Shown here piece after piece: positions 20,026 to 28,780 of a DNA stretch of 64,000 bases. The notes beneath the pieces were generated by a model. It was not told the origin of the DNA. It did not search any database and worked only from the letters and a program-made list of their open reading frames with translations. The stretch spans positions 96,001 to 160,000 of the forward strand of contig JAZDCY010000014.1 of the NCBI GenBank assembly GCA_036679645.1, read 5' to 3'. This DNA comes from Gemmatimonadota bacterium (GTDB lineage: Bacteria; Gemmatimonadota; Gemmatimonadetes; Gemmatimonadales; GWC2-71-9). A program made the position numbers and the translations under genes. Every line of letters starts with the position of its first letter. Position 1 is the first letter of the stretch.

Positions 20026-21461
20026 CCGACACAGCGCGCAGGCTCGAAGAGGGCGCCGATTTCGGCGACGCGGCACCGGACCATGCTGTCGAGGTCGATC
20101 CCGTCCGGCGATTCGCCACGATCATCTTCTTCCGCGGGTCCTTGGTGGCCATCGCGGTCACGCTCGCCGCCGGTCTCCTGGCGGCACTCTATTCGATCCC
20201 GTCGTTCGCTCCCGTCATGCAGGGTATCGGCCTCGACATGCGACAGCTACGGCCAATCCACACGACATTCGCCGGGGCCTGGATCTTCCTCGGCGGGGCG
20301 ACGGTCGTGTATCGGTTCCTGGAAGATCAGGCGGGCCCCATCACGGAGGGTGATAGGTGGCGCTTGCGCGCGCAGGTCGTGGTGTGGGCCGCCGCGGGGG
20401 CCGGCATTCTCATCACGCTGTTGCTTGGGATCGGGTCGGGCCGGGAGTACGTGGGGTTCCATCCCGGGTTCTCACTGCTGATCGTGCTGGGCTGGCTCTG
20501 CTACGTCTGGAACTTCTATCGTGTGATGCGCCATTCGTTCTGGAAGCAGCCGCTGCACGTCACCATGTGGGGCGTCGCCCTGCTCTTCTTCCTGTACACA
20601 TTCACCGAGCAACATGCGTACCTGCTTCCGGGCATCTTTGCCGACCCCATTCACGACCTGCGGGTGCAGTGGAAGGCCACCGGCACCCTGGTGGGGAGTT
20701 TCAATCTCTTCGTCTACGGCACGATCATCTACGCGAGCGCGCGCATCTCCGGAAACGAGAGCTACTGCTACTCCAAGACTGCCTACGCCCTCTTCACCGT
20801 GGGACTACTCAATTCGTTCACGAACTTCGGCCACCACACATACCATCTCCCCCAACGCGCGTTGGTGAACTGGATTTCGTTCGTGGTGAGCATGACGGAG
20901 ATCATCATCCTCACCCGCGCCGTGTCCGATCTCTGGCACATCATCCGCGACAAGGTCACCCAACCGTTCAGCGCCGCACGCGCGTGCTTCCTCGCCGCCA
21001 AGTGGTGGACGATCGCCATCCTACTCACATCGGTGATCATCTCCGTTCCGCCGCTCAATGCGATCATTCATGGCACTTATGCGGTCACCGGACACGCTAT
21101 GGGCGCTACGATCGGGATCGATACCATGATCCTGCTGGGCGCGTTGTTCTGGATCCTCCCGCGCATTGCGGGGGACACGAACACGCTGGTGGATACACGC
21201 GGCATGCAGATGGCGATTGTGGGACTGAACGTCGCGGTGGCGGCGCTGGTGCTCTGGCTCCACATCTCGGGCCTCACAACAGGCATCACGCGCGCCGCAT
21301 TCGCGCCCGGTGAAGCGTACGTGCAGCCTGCGTGGTTGAGCGCATCCAACGGCATCGCGTTTGCCGTCACGGGCAGCCTGTCAATCGTGTTCTTCACGAT
21401 CCTTCTCGCCGCACTGATACCGGCTGCGTTCCGATCACCCGACGGCGGAGGCGTCACGTGA
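20022..21461 (+). CDS. Heme-copper oxidase superfamily subunit I, NorB-like, with a non-canonical active site
   Basis: About 12 TM helices; RPIHT, GREY, NFGHHTYH, SMTE and HGTYAVTGHAM motifs; lacks HLWVEG. Confidence 0.82.
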   Translation: MTDTARRLEEGADFGDAAPDHAVEVDPVRRFATIIFFRGSLVAIAVTLAAGLLAALYSIPSFAPVMQGIGLDMRQLRPIHTTFAGAWIFLGGATVVYRFLEDQAGPITEGDRWRLRAQVVVWAAAGAGILITLLLGIGSGREYVGFHPGFSLLIVLGWLCYVWNFYRVMRHSFWKQPLHVTMWGVALLFFLYTFTEQHAYLLPGIFADPIHDLRVQWKATGTLVGSFNLFVYGTIIYASARISGNESYCYSKTAYALFTVGLLNSFTNFGHHTYHLPQRALVNWISFVVSMTEIIILTRAVSDLWHIIRDKVTQPFSAARACFLAAKWWTIAILLTSVIISVPPLNAIIHGTYAVTGHAMGATIGIDTMILLGALFWILPRIAGDTNTLVDTRGMQMAIVGLNVAVAALVLWLHISGLTTGITRAAFAPGEAYVQPAWLSASNGIAFAVTGSLSIVFFTILLAALIPAAFRSPDGGGVT

Positions 21462-22465
21462 GTTGTCTCGTGATCTCGGCCGCTGAGGTGCGCGCCCTGT
21501 TGCCAATGCAGGTGTGTATCGACCTGATGGCAGAGGCGCTTGAGACCCTGGCGCGCGGGGGCGGCATCAATCCGCTGCGCACCGGGATCCGCCTGCCGCA
21601 CGATCGCGGCATCCTGGGGATGATGCCTGGTCAGATGGACACGCCAGACACGTTCGGACTCAAGGTCGTCTCGGTCTTCCCCGGCAATCACGGCACGGCG
21701 TACGACTCACATCAGGGTACCGTGATGCTCTTCGAGACCGACCACGGCACGCCGGTCGCCATCGTTGACGCGAGCGCCATCACCGCCATTCGCACTGCAG
21801 CGGCGAGTGGCGTCGCCACGCGGTTGCTCGCCCGGGAAAACGCGAAGGAACTTGCGGTGCTCGGCTCAGGTGTGCAGGCGCGGTCCCACCTGGAGGCGAT
21901 GACCTGCGTCAGGCCCATCACACGTGCCCGCGTGTTCGGGCGCGACCGCCACCGGCGCGAGCGTTGCGCTCGCGACGCCGCCAGCACGCTAGGGATTGCC
22001 GTCGAGCCGGTGGAGTCGGCGCGGGCCGCCGTGGACCACGCCGATATAGTCTGCACGACGACGTCTTCGAAGGAACCGGTCCTCATGGGCGATTGGCTCA
22101 CACCGGGATGCCACATCAACGCGGTCGGTTCGAGCGTCCGCTGGACCCGCGAACTGGACACGGCCGCAGTGCTCGCGTCGCGCCTGTTCGTCGACCGCGT
22201 GGAGTCTACGGTGAACGAGGCCGGTGATTTCCTGTTTCCCAAGCAGGAAGGAGCGCTCGACGAGAGTCACATCGTGGGCGAGATCGGCGACATCCTCACA
22301 GGCGCGATCGACGGCCGGGGTTCCGAACACGAGATCACACTCTTCAAGTCGTTGGGGCTCGCGGTGGAGGACCTCGCCGCCGCACACTACGTGTACCAAC
22401 GGGCGGTAGAGACCGGTGCCGGGACGTCGGTGGAATTGGGCGGCGAGGGCAGTGCGCCCGCTTGA
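21458..22465 (+). CDS. Ornithine cyclodeaminase / mu-crystallin family protein
   Basis: GLKVVSVFPGN, ITAIRTAAAS, GSGVQA and FKSLGLAVED motifs. Confidence 0.92.
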   Translation: MSCLVISAAEVRALLPMQVCIDLMAEALETLARGGGINPLRTGIRLPHDRGILGMMPGQMDTPDTFGLKVVSVFPGNHGTAYDSHQGTVMLFETDHGTPVAIVDASAITAIRTAAASGVATRLLARENAKELAVLGSGVQARSHLEAMTCVRPITRARVFGRDRHRRERCARDAASTLGIAVEPVESARAAVDHADIVCTTTSSKEPVLMGDWLTPGCHINAVGSSVRWTRELDTAAVLASRLFVDRVESTVNEAGDFLFPKQEGALDESHIVGEIGDILTGAIDGRGSEHEITLFKSLGLAVEDLAAAHYVYQRAVETGAGTSVELGGEGSAPA

Positions 22466-23414
22466 GCCGGTAGCGCTCGATGAGATCGTCGCCGCACGCG
22501 AGCGCATAGCCGGCAGCGCGCTCCGCACCCCACTGGTTCGGCTGAACGCCGAGACAGACCACGAGATCTACCTCAAGCTCGAGAACCTGCAGCCGATCGG
22601 GTCGTTCAAGCTGCGTGGCGCCGGCAACGCGTTACGGAAGATGGAGCGTGCGTTACTCGCGAACGGAGTGTACACAGCGAGCGCCGGCAATATGGCTCAG
22701 GGACTTGCGTGGAGCGCGCGCGAACTCGGGGTTCCGTGTCACGTAGTCGTCCCCGACAACGCACCGCAGACGAAGCTCGACGCCATCGCGCGCCTCGGCG
22801 GCAGCGTCATCAAGGTGCCGTTCGACGAGTGGTGGAACGTGATCGTCACGCACGAATACGCGGGTCTAGACGCCACATTCGTCCACCCCGTGAGCAACGC
22901 GGATGTCATGGCGGGGAATGGAACCATCGGGCTCGAGATCCTCGAGGATCTTCCCGACGTGGAGACGGTTCTGGTTCCCTTCGGTGGCGGCGGGCTGAGC
23001 TGCGGCATCGCCGCCGCACTGCGCGCAAAACGCCCGTCCGCAAGCGTCTATGCATGTGAGGTAGAGACCGCGGCCCCGCTCGCGGCGTCGTTCCAAGCTG
23101 GCCGGGCAACCGAGGTGAAACGGGTACAGACGTTCATCGACGGTATTGGCGGCAAGAGTGTGCTCGAGGAGATGTGGCCGGTCGCCAAGGAACTGCTCGC
23201 CGGATCGCTCGTTACGTCCGTTGCGGAGATCGTAGCCGCGGTGAAGCTGCTGGTCGAGCGCAACCGGGTGATCGCCGAAGGAGCAGGAGCGGCACCGGTG
23301 GCGGTGGCGCTTGGAGGAGCCGTCGACCGGGGACCGGTTGTGTGTGTCGTGTCGGGTGGGAACATCGATCTTCGGAAACTCGAAATGATTCTCCGCGGAG
23401 AGGTGCCCGGTTGA
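22452..23414 (+). CDS. PLP-dependent threonine/serine dehydratase-family enzyme
   Basis: KLENLQPIGSFKLRG, SAGNMAQG, GGGGL and SGGN motifs. Confidence 0.92.
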   Translation: MRPLEPVALDEIVAARERIAGSALRTPLVRLNAETDHEIYLKLENLQPIGSFKLRGAGNALRKMERALLANGVYTASAGNMAQGLAWSARELGVPCHVVVPDNAPQTKLDAIARLGGSVIKVPFDEWWNVIVTHEYAGLDATFVHPVSNADVMAGNGTIGLEILEDLPDVETVLVPFGGGGLSCGIAAALRAKRPSASVYACEVETAAPLAASFQAGRATEVKRVQTFIDGIGGKSVLEEMWPVAKELLAGSLVTSVAEIVAAVKLLVERNRVIAEGAGAAPVAVALGGAVDRGPVVCVVSGGNIDLRKLEMILRGEVPG

Positions 23415-23493
23415 TTGGTGATTAGTGAATACTGAATAGTGATTGGTGATTGTTCCACCCAATCACTAATCGCCAATCAGTAATCACCAATCA
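23412..23493. repeat. Inverted array of 7-bp tandem repeats (TGATTGG-like x6 and CCAATCA-like x5) between convergent genes
   Basis: tgattgg tgattag tgaatac tgaatag tgattgg tgattg, a loop, then caatca ctaatcg ccaatca gtaatca ccaatca. Confidence 0.85.
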
Positions 23494-23497
23494 TCCG

Positions 23498-24181
23498 TCA
23501 GTTCACCTGCACGCGTCCATTTTGGGCGGGGAATCCGTGCACGAGGCAGCCGTAGTCGAACGCACCCCGCTCCGTAAAGCGGTGTTGCCATGAGCCCGAC
23601 CGGCGGATGGTAGTGCCACCCACGGAGTTTCGGGGCGTGATCGTCGTATCCATGAAGACGACGTTATGCGGTTCAGCACCGACCCAATGCCATTCAACGA
23701 TCTGTCCACGCTCGATCGAGACGACCTTCGGATCAAAGAACGAATCGCCCACCTCGACGATCACATCCGGTATCCCGCCCGATCCAGGCGCCGCATTCAC
23801 GAACACCAGGAAGTCCGTGCGCACCTTCGGGTCGCCCACCAACGCCGCATGGACCGTCCGGTCACCGGCATCGTCCGTTAGGCGTACGTGGGTGGAGGCC
23901 TTGCCACCGACATCAGTACGCACGGTGTCCGGGGTAGCGACGCCCCCACCCTGCACCGACCACGTCACGAGTACCTCGGGCACGACAACGCCCGCCGAGT
24001 CGGTCACGCGGACGACCAACCGCTGGGGCAAATCTTCGCTCGCGTCGGATGTCTGGGAATCCCCACTCAGCCGTTGCATCACCGCAGGCGGTCCGGGCTT
24101 GGGCGCCAGCGTATCGGTGCCGCAGCCGATCGTGAGAAACGGCCCAATCGAGCACGCGATCAGGCGTGTGGGAACGCGCGT
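23498..24181 (-). CDS. Lipoprotein with Ig-like (Big_1) and cupredoxin domains; apparent ACG start codon
   Basis: In-frame signal peptide and lipobox (RVPTRLIACSIGPFLTIGC) after GAGGTG-N4-ACG; HNVVF...CLVH type-1 Cu ligands. Confidence 0.72.
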   Translation of the reverse strand, partial: TRVPTRLIACSIGPFLTIGCGTDTLAPKPGPPAVMQRLSGDSQTSDASEDLPQRLVVRVTDSAGVVVPEVLVTWSVQGGGVATPDTVRTDVGGKASTHVRLTDDAGDRTVHAALVGDPKVRTDFLVFVNAAPGSGGIPDVIVEVGDSFFDPKVVSIERGQIVEWHWVGAEPHNVVFMDTTITPRNSVGGTTIRRSGSWQHRFTERGAFDYGCLVHGFPAQNGRVQVN

Positions 24182-24298
24182 GATGCACCTCGAGAGAAGG
24201 GTGGATCTCTTGGCAAACCCCTGTCTCGGGCCCGAGGTTCCCGATGGCTGCCGTAACGGTCGGCGACCGTGACCGACCCGTCACGCCCTCCCATTTTG

Positions 24299-25840
24299 TC
24301 AGGGCGTGAGGACCGTTCTCCCCGAGGTCCGCTCGATGAACGCGTCCAACGTCTGCTTCCATTGCGCCAGAAGGTTCTGCTCGACGTACATCATATGCCC
24401 TGCCGCAAAATCCGCCCGCTGAATGTTGTCGCGCAGATCGGGCGGAAGTCCCATGTTGTCCATCGTCCACACCGCGGCGAAATACGGGGTCGCAAGATCG
24501 TAGATCCCGGCGATCAGCAACACCTCCAGCCGCGGGTTGCGCTGCAACGCCGTCGCGAGGTCAGGCGCGACATTCGGAATGCCCGGCAGACCAAAGCCGA
24601 TGTTGTTCCCCTCGCGCGTCCAGTTCCACGGTCGCGCACGGCCACTTGGCACGTACTCGCGGTCGCCGTCGTAGCCCAACTCGTCGCGCAAATAGGCATT
24701 GAACGCCGAGGTGTAGGCGGAACTGATCGCGGTCGATTGCGGATCGTGTGAGGGCCGTGTCTCGAGCACGTCACCGGTGGGGCCGGTGAAGCGCGCGTCG
24801 AGCCGGCCCACGACGAGACCGCGCTCCCGCAGCAACTCCTTCTCGAATTCGGGAGCTGACACCCGCATGTTGGCCTTGTCGAGGAATTCACGACTCAGGC
24901 CGGTGTACTGGTGCATCTGCTCGATGACACGGGAGCGTTGCTCGACATTCACCGCGCTTCCCGAGAGAAGCGTCGTCGCATAGTCGGTGATCGCCCAGTG
25001 CTCGACCTCGCTCATGAACGCCTCGAGGTCCGGCGGTGCGCCACCGGGAAGCACGCCCAGGTACGCTGCTGTCACGGCATAAGACGGCACGTTCACGATG
25101 TACGGTATGATCGCGCCCTCCGGAAACAGAATCGTGTTGAAGTCGAGCACCGTCGATACGAGCACGATGCCATTGAGGTCAATGTTCGCGCGTTGCAGAT
25201 GTCGAGCGAGCACCGCTGATCGCGTGGTGCCATAGCTCTCGCCCAGGAGATAGCGTGGCGAGTTCCAGCGCTCGTACTCACTGAGAAACCGGCGGACGAA
25301 CTGCGTGAGGGATCGCGCGTCTTCGTCGAGTCCCCAAAAGTCCTTTCCTTCCGCCTCGCCGGCGGGACGACTGAACCCCGTGCCGACGGGATCGATCATG
25401 ACGATGTCGGCCTTGTCGAGCAACGCGTAATTGTTGTCCGCCATCGGGTACGGTGGCGGTGCCTGCTGTCCGACATTGGGCGTGACGACCCGACGTGGAC
25501 CCATGATGCCCATGTGCAACCAGAACGACGCGGAGCCAGGCCCGCCGTTGTATGCGAAGATGACGGGCCGGTCGGCAGGATTACCGCCGTTGGTCCGGAA
25601 ATACGCGGTATAGAACAGTTCCGCGATAGCCTGTTCCTCGTCGTCTCTGAGGATGATGCTGCCCACCACGGCATCGTAGGCGACGGTCTCCCGACCGACG
25701 ACGATGGAGTGGCTACTCTCCCAGCGCGAGGGCGTGGGTTCCGCAGCCGGTTGGCGCGGTGCCGGCGCGTCCTGCGCGACGAGCACACTCGAGAGAGATA
25801 GAGTCAGCGTTAGCCACGCGAGTACGAGCGCGCGTTTCAT
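24299..25840 (-). CDS. Secreted S10 serine carboxypeptidase
   Basis: NGGPGS, DPVGTGFS, GESYG, DLATP and AGHMMY motifs. Confidence 0.93.
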   Translation of the reverse strand: MKRALVLAWLTLTLSLSSVLVAQDAPAPRQPAAEPTPSRWESSHSIVVGRETVAYDAVVGSIILRDDEEQAIAELFYTAYFRTNGGNPADRPVIFAYNGGPGSASFWLHMGIMGPRRVVTPNVGQQAPPPYPMADNNYALLDKADIVMIDPVGTGFSRPAGEAEGKDFWGLDEDARSLTQFVRRFLSEYERWNSPRYLLGESYGTTRSAVLARHLQRANIDLNGIVLVSTVLDFNTILFPEGAIIPYIVNVPSYAVTAAYLGVLPGGAPPDLEAFMSEVEHWAITDYATTLLSGSAVNVEQRSRVIEQMHQYTGLSREFLDKANMRVSAPEFEKELLRERGLVVGRLDARFTGPTGDVLETRPSHDPQSTAISSAYTSAFNAYLRDELGYDGDREYVPSGRARPWNWTREGNNIGFGLPGIPNVAPDLATALQRNPRLEVLLIAGIYDLATPYFAAVWTMDNMGLPPDLRDNIQRADFAAGHMMYVEQNLLAQWKQTLDAFIERTSGRTVLTP

Positions 25841-26005
25841 GTATCCTCCGGCGTCAGTGGCCAGGTAAGCGTCAGTACTTGGAGCTCGGAAGCCTCACAC
25901 GAACAACGGTGGCGTTCGCCCACGAGTAGTGCGCATGCGAGTCCTCGGCTCAGTACAGATATCTGCACGAGTCCATTTGAGGTTGGCCCGTCAATTCGCA
26001 CGCGA

Positions 26006-28780
26006 CTAGCGATCTCTAAACTGTTCGTACAGTCGCCGGTGCTTGTTGTCCCTCGGATCGACCTGCCTGCCTCCCACCCACATCATCTCAACGCTGGTGA
26101 GAATCTGGAGCGGGTCGCCATCTGTTACGATGACGTCCGCCCGTGCGCCTGGTTCCAAACGTCCGGCGTCGATTCCCAAGATCCTGGCCGGGTTCATGGT
26201 GACTGCGCGTAGCCCACCGTCGGGCGTGAGTCCAAACGCGATGGAGTGCGCCGCGTGGTAGGGCAGGTTGCGGACGTCGGCGTCGCTCCCGGTCCCGAAC
26301 GCGAACGTCACGCCCGCGGCCTCGAGCACGCTCGCGTTGCGGAAGTTCGCGTTGACCGACTCGTCCCTATTCCCCGTCGGGCTGTAGGCTGATGTGACGA
26401 TGACGGGAATGCGCCGTGTCGCCAGCTCGTCCGCCACTTTCCACGCTTCGGTTCCGCCTACCACGACAGGGCGGACTTCGGGGAAGCTATCGGCGAACAC
26501 GAACAGCGTTCTTATCTGCCATTCGCTCTCGGCCTTGAAGAAGACGGGCATTTCGCCTCGCATGGCCGGTCCCATCGCTTCGAGAAGGACTCTTTCACCG
26601 CCCCACACGTTCGCTTCGAATGGTGCGGTTGGATCGTCACTTACCGATGGGTTCGCCGTAAATACGCGTGCCCGTCTGAAGAATTCGACCAACTCCTCCA
26701 TGCGCCGGCCCTTCAACTCGGGCTGCTTCTCTTCATCCTCGTCCTCGTCCTGGCCGCGCCATCTCGCCTCGGCCTCTGCCGCCAGCACGAACGACGACAT
26801 GGTGTGCGCGGTGCCGCCATGGAGATCACCATCATCGAGCACATCACGCCAGTTCTCATCGTCGCCGCCGCCCTCCCGGGGAGCCGGGAAGTCCACGACG
26901 ATGGCTGCCTCGCGCTTGACCGCCACCTGTTCCCACGTGTCGCCGTCGTTGAAGCCAATGACCGCCGCAGTGCCCGAAATCAGGCCGGAGGTTTGGGCCG
27001 TGAGTACCGTGGTGATCCCGTTCGCCCGCGCGACGTTGAGGCTCGGATAGTGCGGCATCACGCCAACGATGGCGCGGATGTGCGGATTGTAGGTACCGAT
27101 CTCACCCTGATCGGTGGCCTGCCCTACCTGACCGAACTCGAAGAGTCCGATCGTGGTGAGCGGATCGATCATGCCCGGGTAGACGTGCTTCCCACCGACG
27201 TCGATTCGCGTCGCGCCGGCAGGCACGCTGACCTCGGCGACGCTGCCAACCGCTTGAATGCGCCCACCAGCCAGGATAACCGTCCCATTGTCGATCGGCG
27301 GCCCCGACACGGGGTGCACGGTTCCCCCTACGAGCGCTACGACATCATCCTGCCCGCCGGCTGGAGGAACATCGCCATCGGCCATTGACGCACTGGGTTC
27401 CGCCGCACGGGCGGCAGTAGGCGTCGCGGTGCTGCGTTCAGGGAACGCGTTGAAGGGCTCGTCCCTCGTGCCGGCCTCGTTCGACGCGTCGTAGTAGACG
27501 ATGCCGTCCACGATCGTCTTCTCGACACGCGCCTGGCTGTTGAACGGCGACGCCGTCAGCAGAACGACATCTCCTTCTTTCCCCTCCTCTAGCGATCCCA
27601 CCCTGTCATCGATGTACATCATCCGGGCAGGATTGAGCGTCAACATCTGTAGCGCCACGAGCTGCGAGACGCCGCCGTACTTGATCGGCTTCGGGATCTC
27701 CAGGTGCATGAAGGGCTGGAGTGAGGGGATATCGGAGTTCAGAGCCGTGAGCACGCCGTGCTGTTGCATGATGGCGGCGTTGTACGGTATGGCGTCGAAC
27801 GCTTCGCGTTTGTACTGCCACCAATCGCTGAACGTCGCGCCGGCCGCACCGTGTGCGGCCATCTCACTCGCTACCCGGTATCCTTCGAGCACGTGCGTGA
27901 ACACGTCGATGCGAAATCCAAACCGCTCCGCCACGCGCATGAGCATGAGGATCTCGTCGCTGCGATACGAGTGCGCGTGGATACGGATGCGCCCTTCCAT
28001 GATGTCCACCAGCGCTTCGAGCCGAAAGTCGCGGCGGGGCGGTACGCGGAAGGCATTGCGGTTCTGTTCGTACTCGGCCCAGGCTGCGCGGTAGGCCTGT
28101 GCGGCGGTGAACGCCTCGACGTACGTGGCTTCCACCCCCGGTCTGGAACGAGGAAACCGGCTGGCGGCATTCTGCGGTGAGCCCTTGCGCGTAACGTTCT
28201 CGCCGAGTGCAAACTTGACGAAACGGGGTGCACCAGGGATTAACAGTTGTTCTGCCCGATCCATACCCCATCGCATCTTGATGACCGCACTCTGTCCGCC
28301 GATCGGGTTGGCGCTCCCATGCATGATCCGAGCGGTCGTCACGCCGCCCGACAGCGCCTGATAGATAGCAAAACTCTCGGCATCCAGCGCGTCCAACACA
28401 CGCACCTCCGGGACCACCGGAGCCGATCCTTCGTTGGTTGCCACCATGGCAACGTGCGAGTGCTCGTCGACGATACCGGGCATGGCCTGCAAGCCCGTGC
28501 CGTCGATGACGAGCACGTTGTTCGGTGCGCGCAGGTCCGTGCCGATAGAGCGGATGATGCCGTCACGAATGAGGATCGATGCGCCGACAATGGGAGCACC
28601 CGCGGCCGTCCACACTGTATCAAGATTTGCGATGAACAGATCACCGGTCGGGTAGCTTCCCCGCCCTTCTGGGAGCTGGACGTCGTAGTTGGGTCGCTCT
28701 TGTGCGCCGGCCGGGGCAACCAACGCTCCGAGCGTGAGCGCGACGAACGCAGTCCGCGTTGCTACACTGATGCGCTTCAT
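26006..28780 (-). CDS. Secreted tandem amidohydrolase-family protein
   Basis: Domain 1 has DEHSH, KFALGEN, HAHSY and NSD; domain 2 lacks the HxH motif (IDPLTT). Confidence 0.88.
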   Translation of the reverse strand: MKRISVATRTAFVALTLGALVAPAGAQERPNYDVQLPEGRGSYPTGDLFIANLDTVWTAAGAPIVGASILIRDGIIRSIGTDLRAPNNVLVIDGTGLQAMPGIVDEHSHVAMVATNEGSAPVVPEVRVLDALDAESFAIYQALSGGVTTARIMHGSANPIGGQSAVIKMRWGMDRAEQLLIPGAPRFVKFALGENVTRKGSPQNAASRFPRSRPGVEATYVEAFTAAQAYRAAWAEYEQNRNAFRVPPRRDFRLEALVDIMEGRIRIHAHSYRSDEILMLMRVAERFGFRIDVFTHVLEGYRVASEMAAHGAAGATFSDWWQYKREAFDAIPYNAAIMQQHGVLTALNSDIPSLQPFMHLEIPKPIKYGGVSQLVALQMLTLNPARMMYIDDRVGSLEEGKEGDVVLLTASPFNSQARVEKTIVDGIVYYDASNEAGTRDEPFNAFPERSTATPTAARAAEPSASMADGDVPPAGGQDDVVALVGGTVHPVSGPPIDNGTVILAGGRIQAVGSVAEVSVPAGATRIDVGGKHVYPGMIDPLTTIGLFEFGQVGQATDQGEIGTYNPHIRAIVGVMPHYPSLNVARANGITTVLTAQTSGLISGTAAVIGFNDGDTWEQVAVKREAAIVVDFPAPREGGGDDENWRDVLDDGDLHGGTAHTMSSFVLAAEAEARWRGQDEDEDEEKQPELKGRRMEELVEFFRRARVFTANPSVSDDPTAPFEANVWGGERVLLEAMGPAMRGEMPVFFKAESEWQIRTLFVFADSFPEVRPVVVGGTEAWKVADELATRRIPVIVTSAYSPTGNRDESVNANFRNASVLEAAGVTFAFGTGSDADVRNLPYHAAHSIAFGLTPDGGLRAVTMNPARILGIDAGRLEPGARADVIVTDGDPLQILTSVEMMWVGGRQVDPRDNKHRRLYEQFRDR

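Noticed and set aside
20022..21461. Calling the gene norB, a cbb3 oxidase subunit or an NO dismutase
   Set aside because: The active-site residues match none of these patterns as I know them, so no gene symbol was assigned.
23412..23493. Possible CRISPR array
   Set aside because: It has a 7-bp period with no unique spacers, and no cas genes are present.
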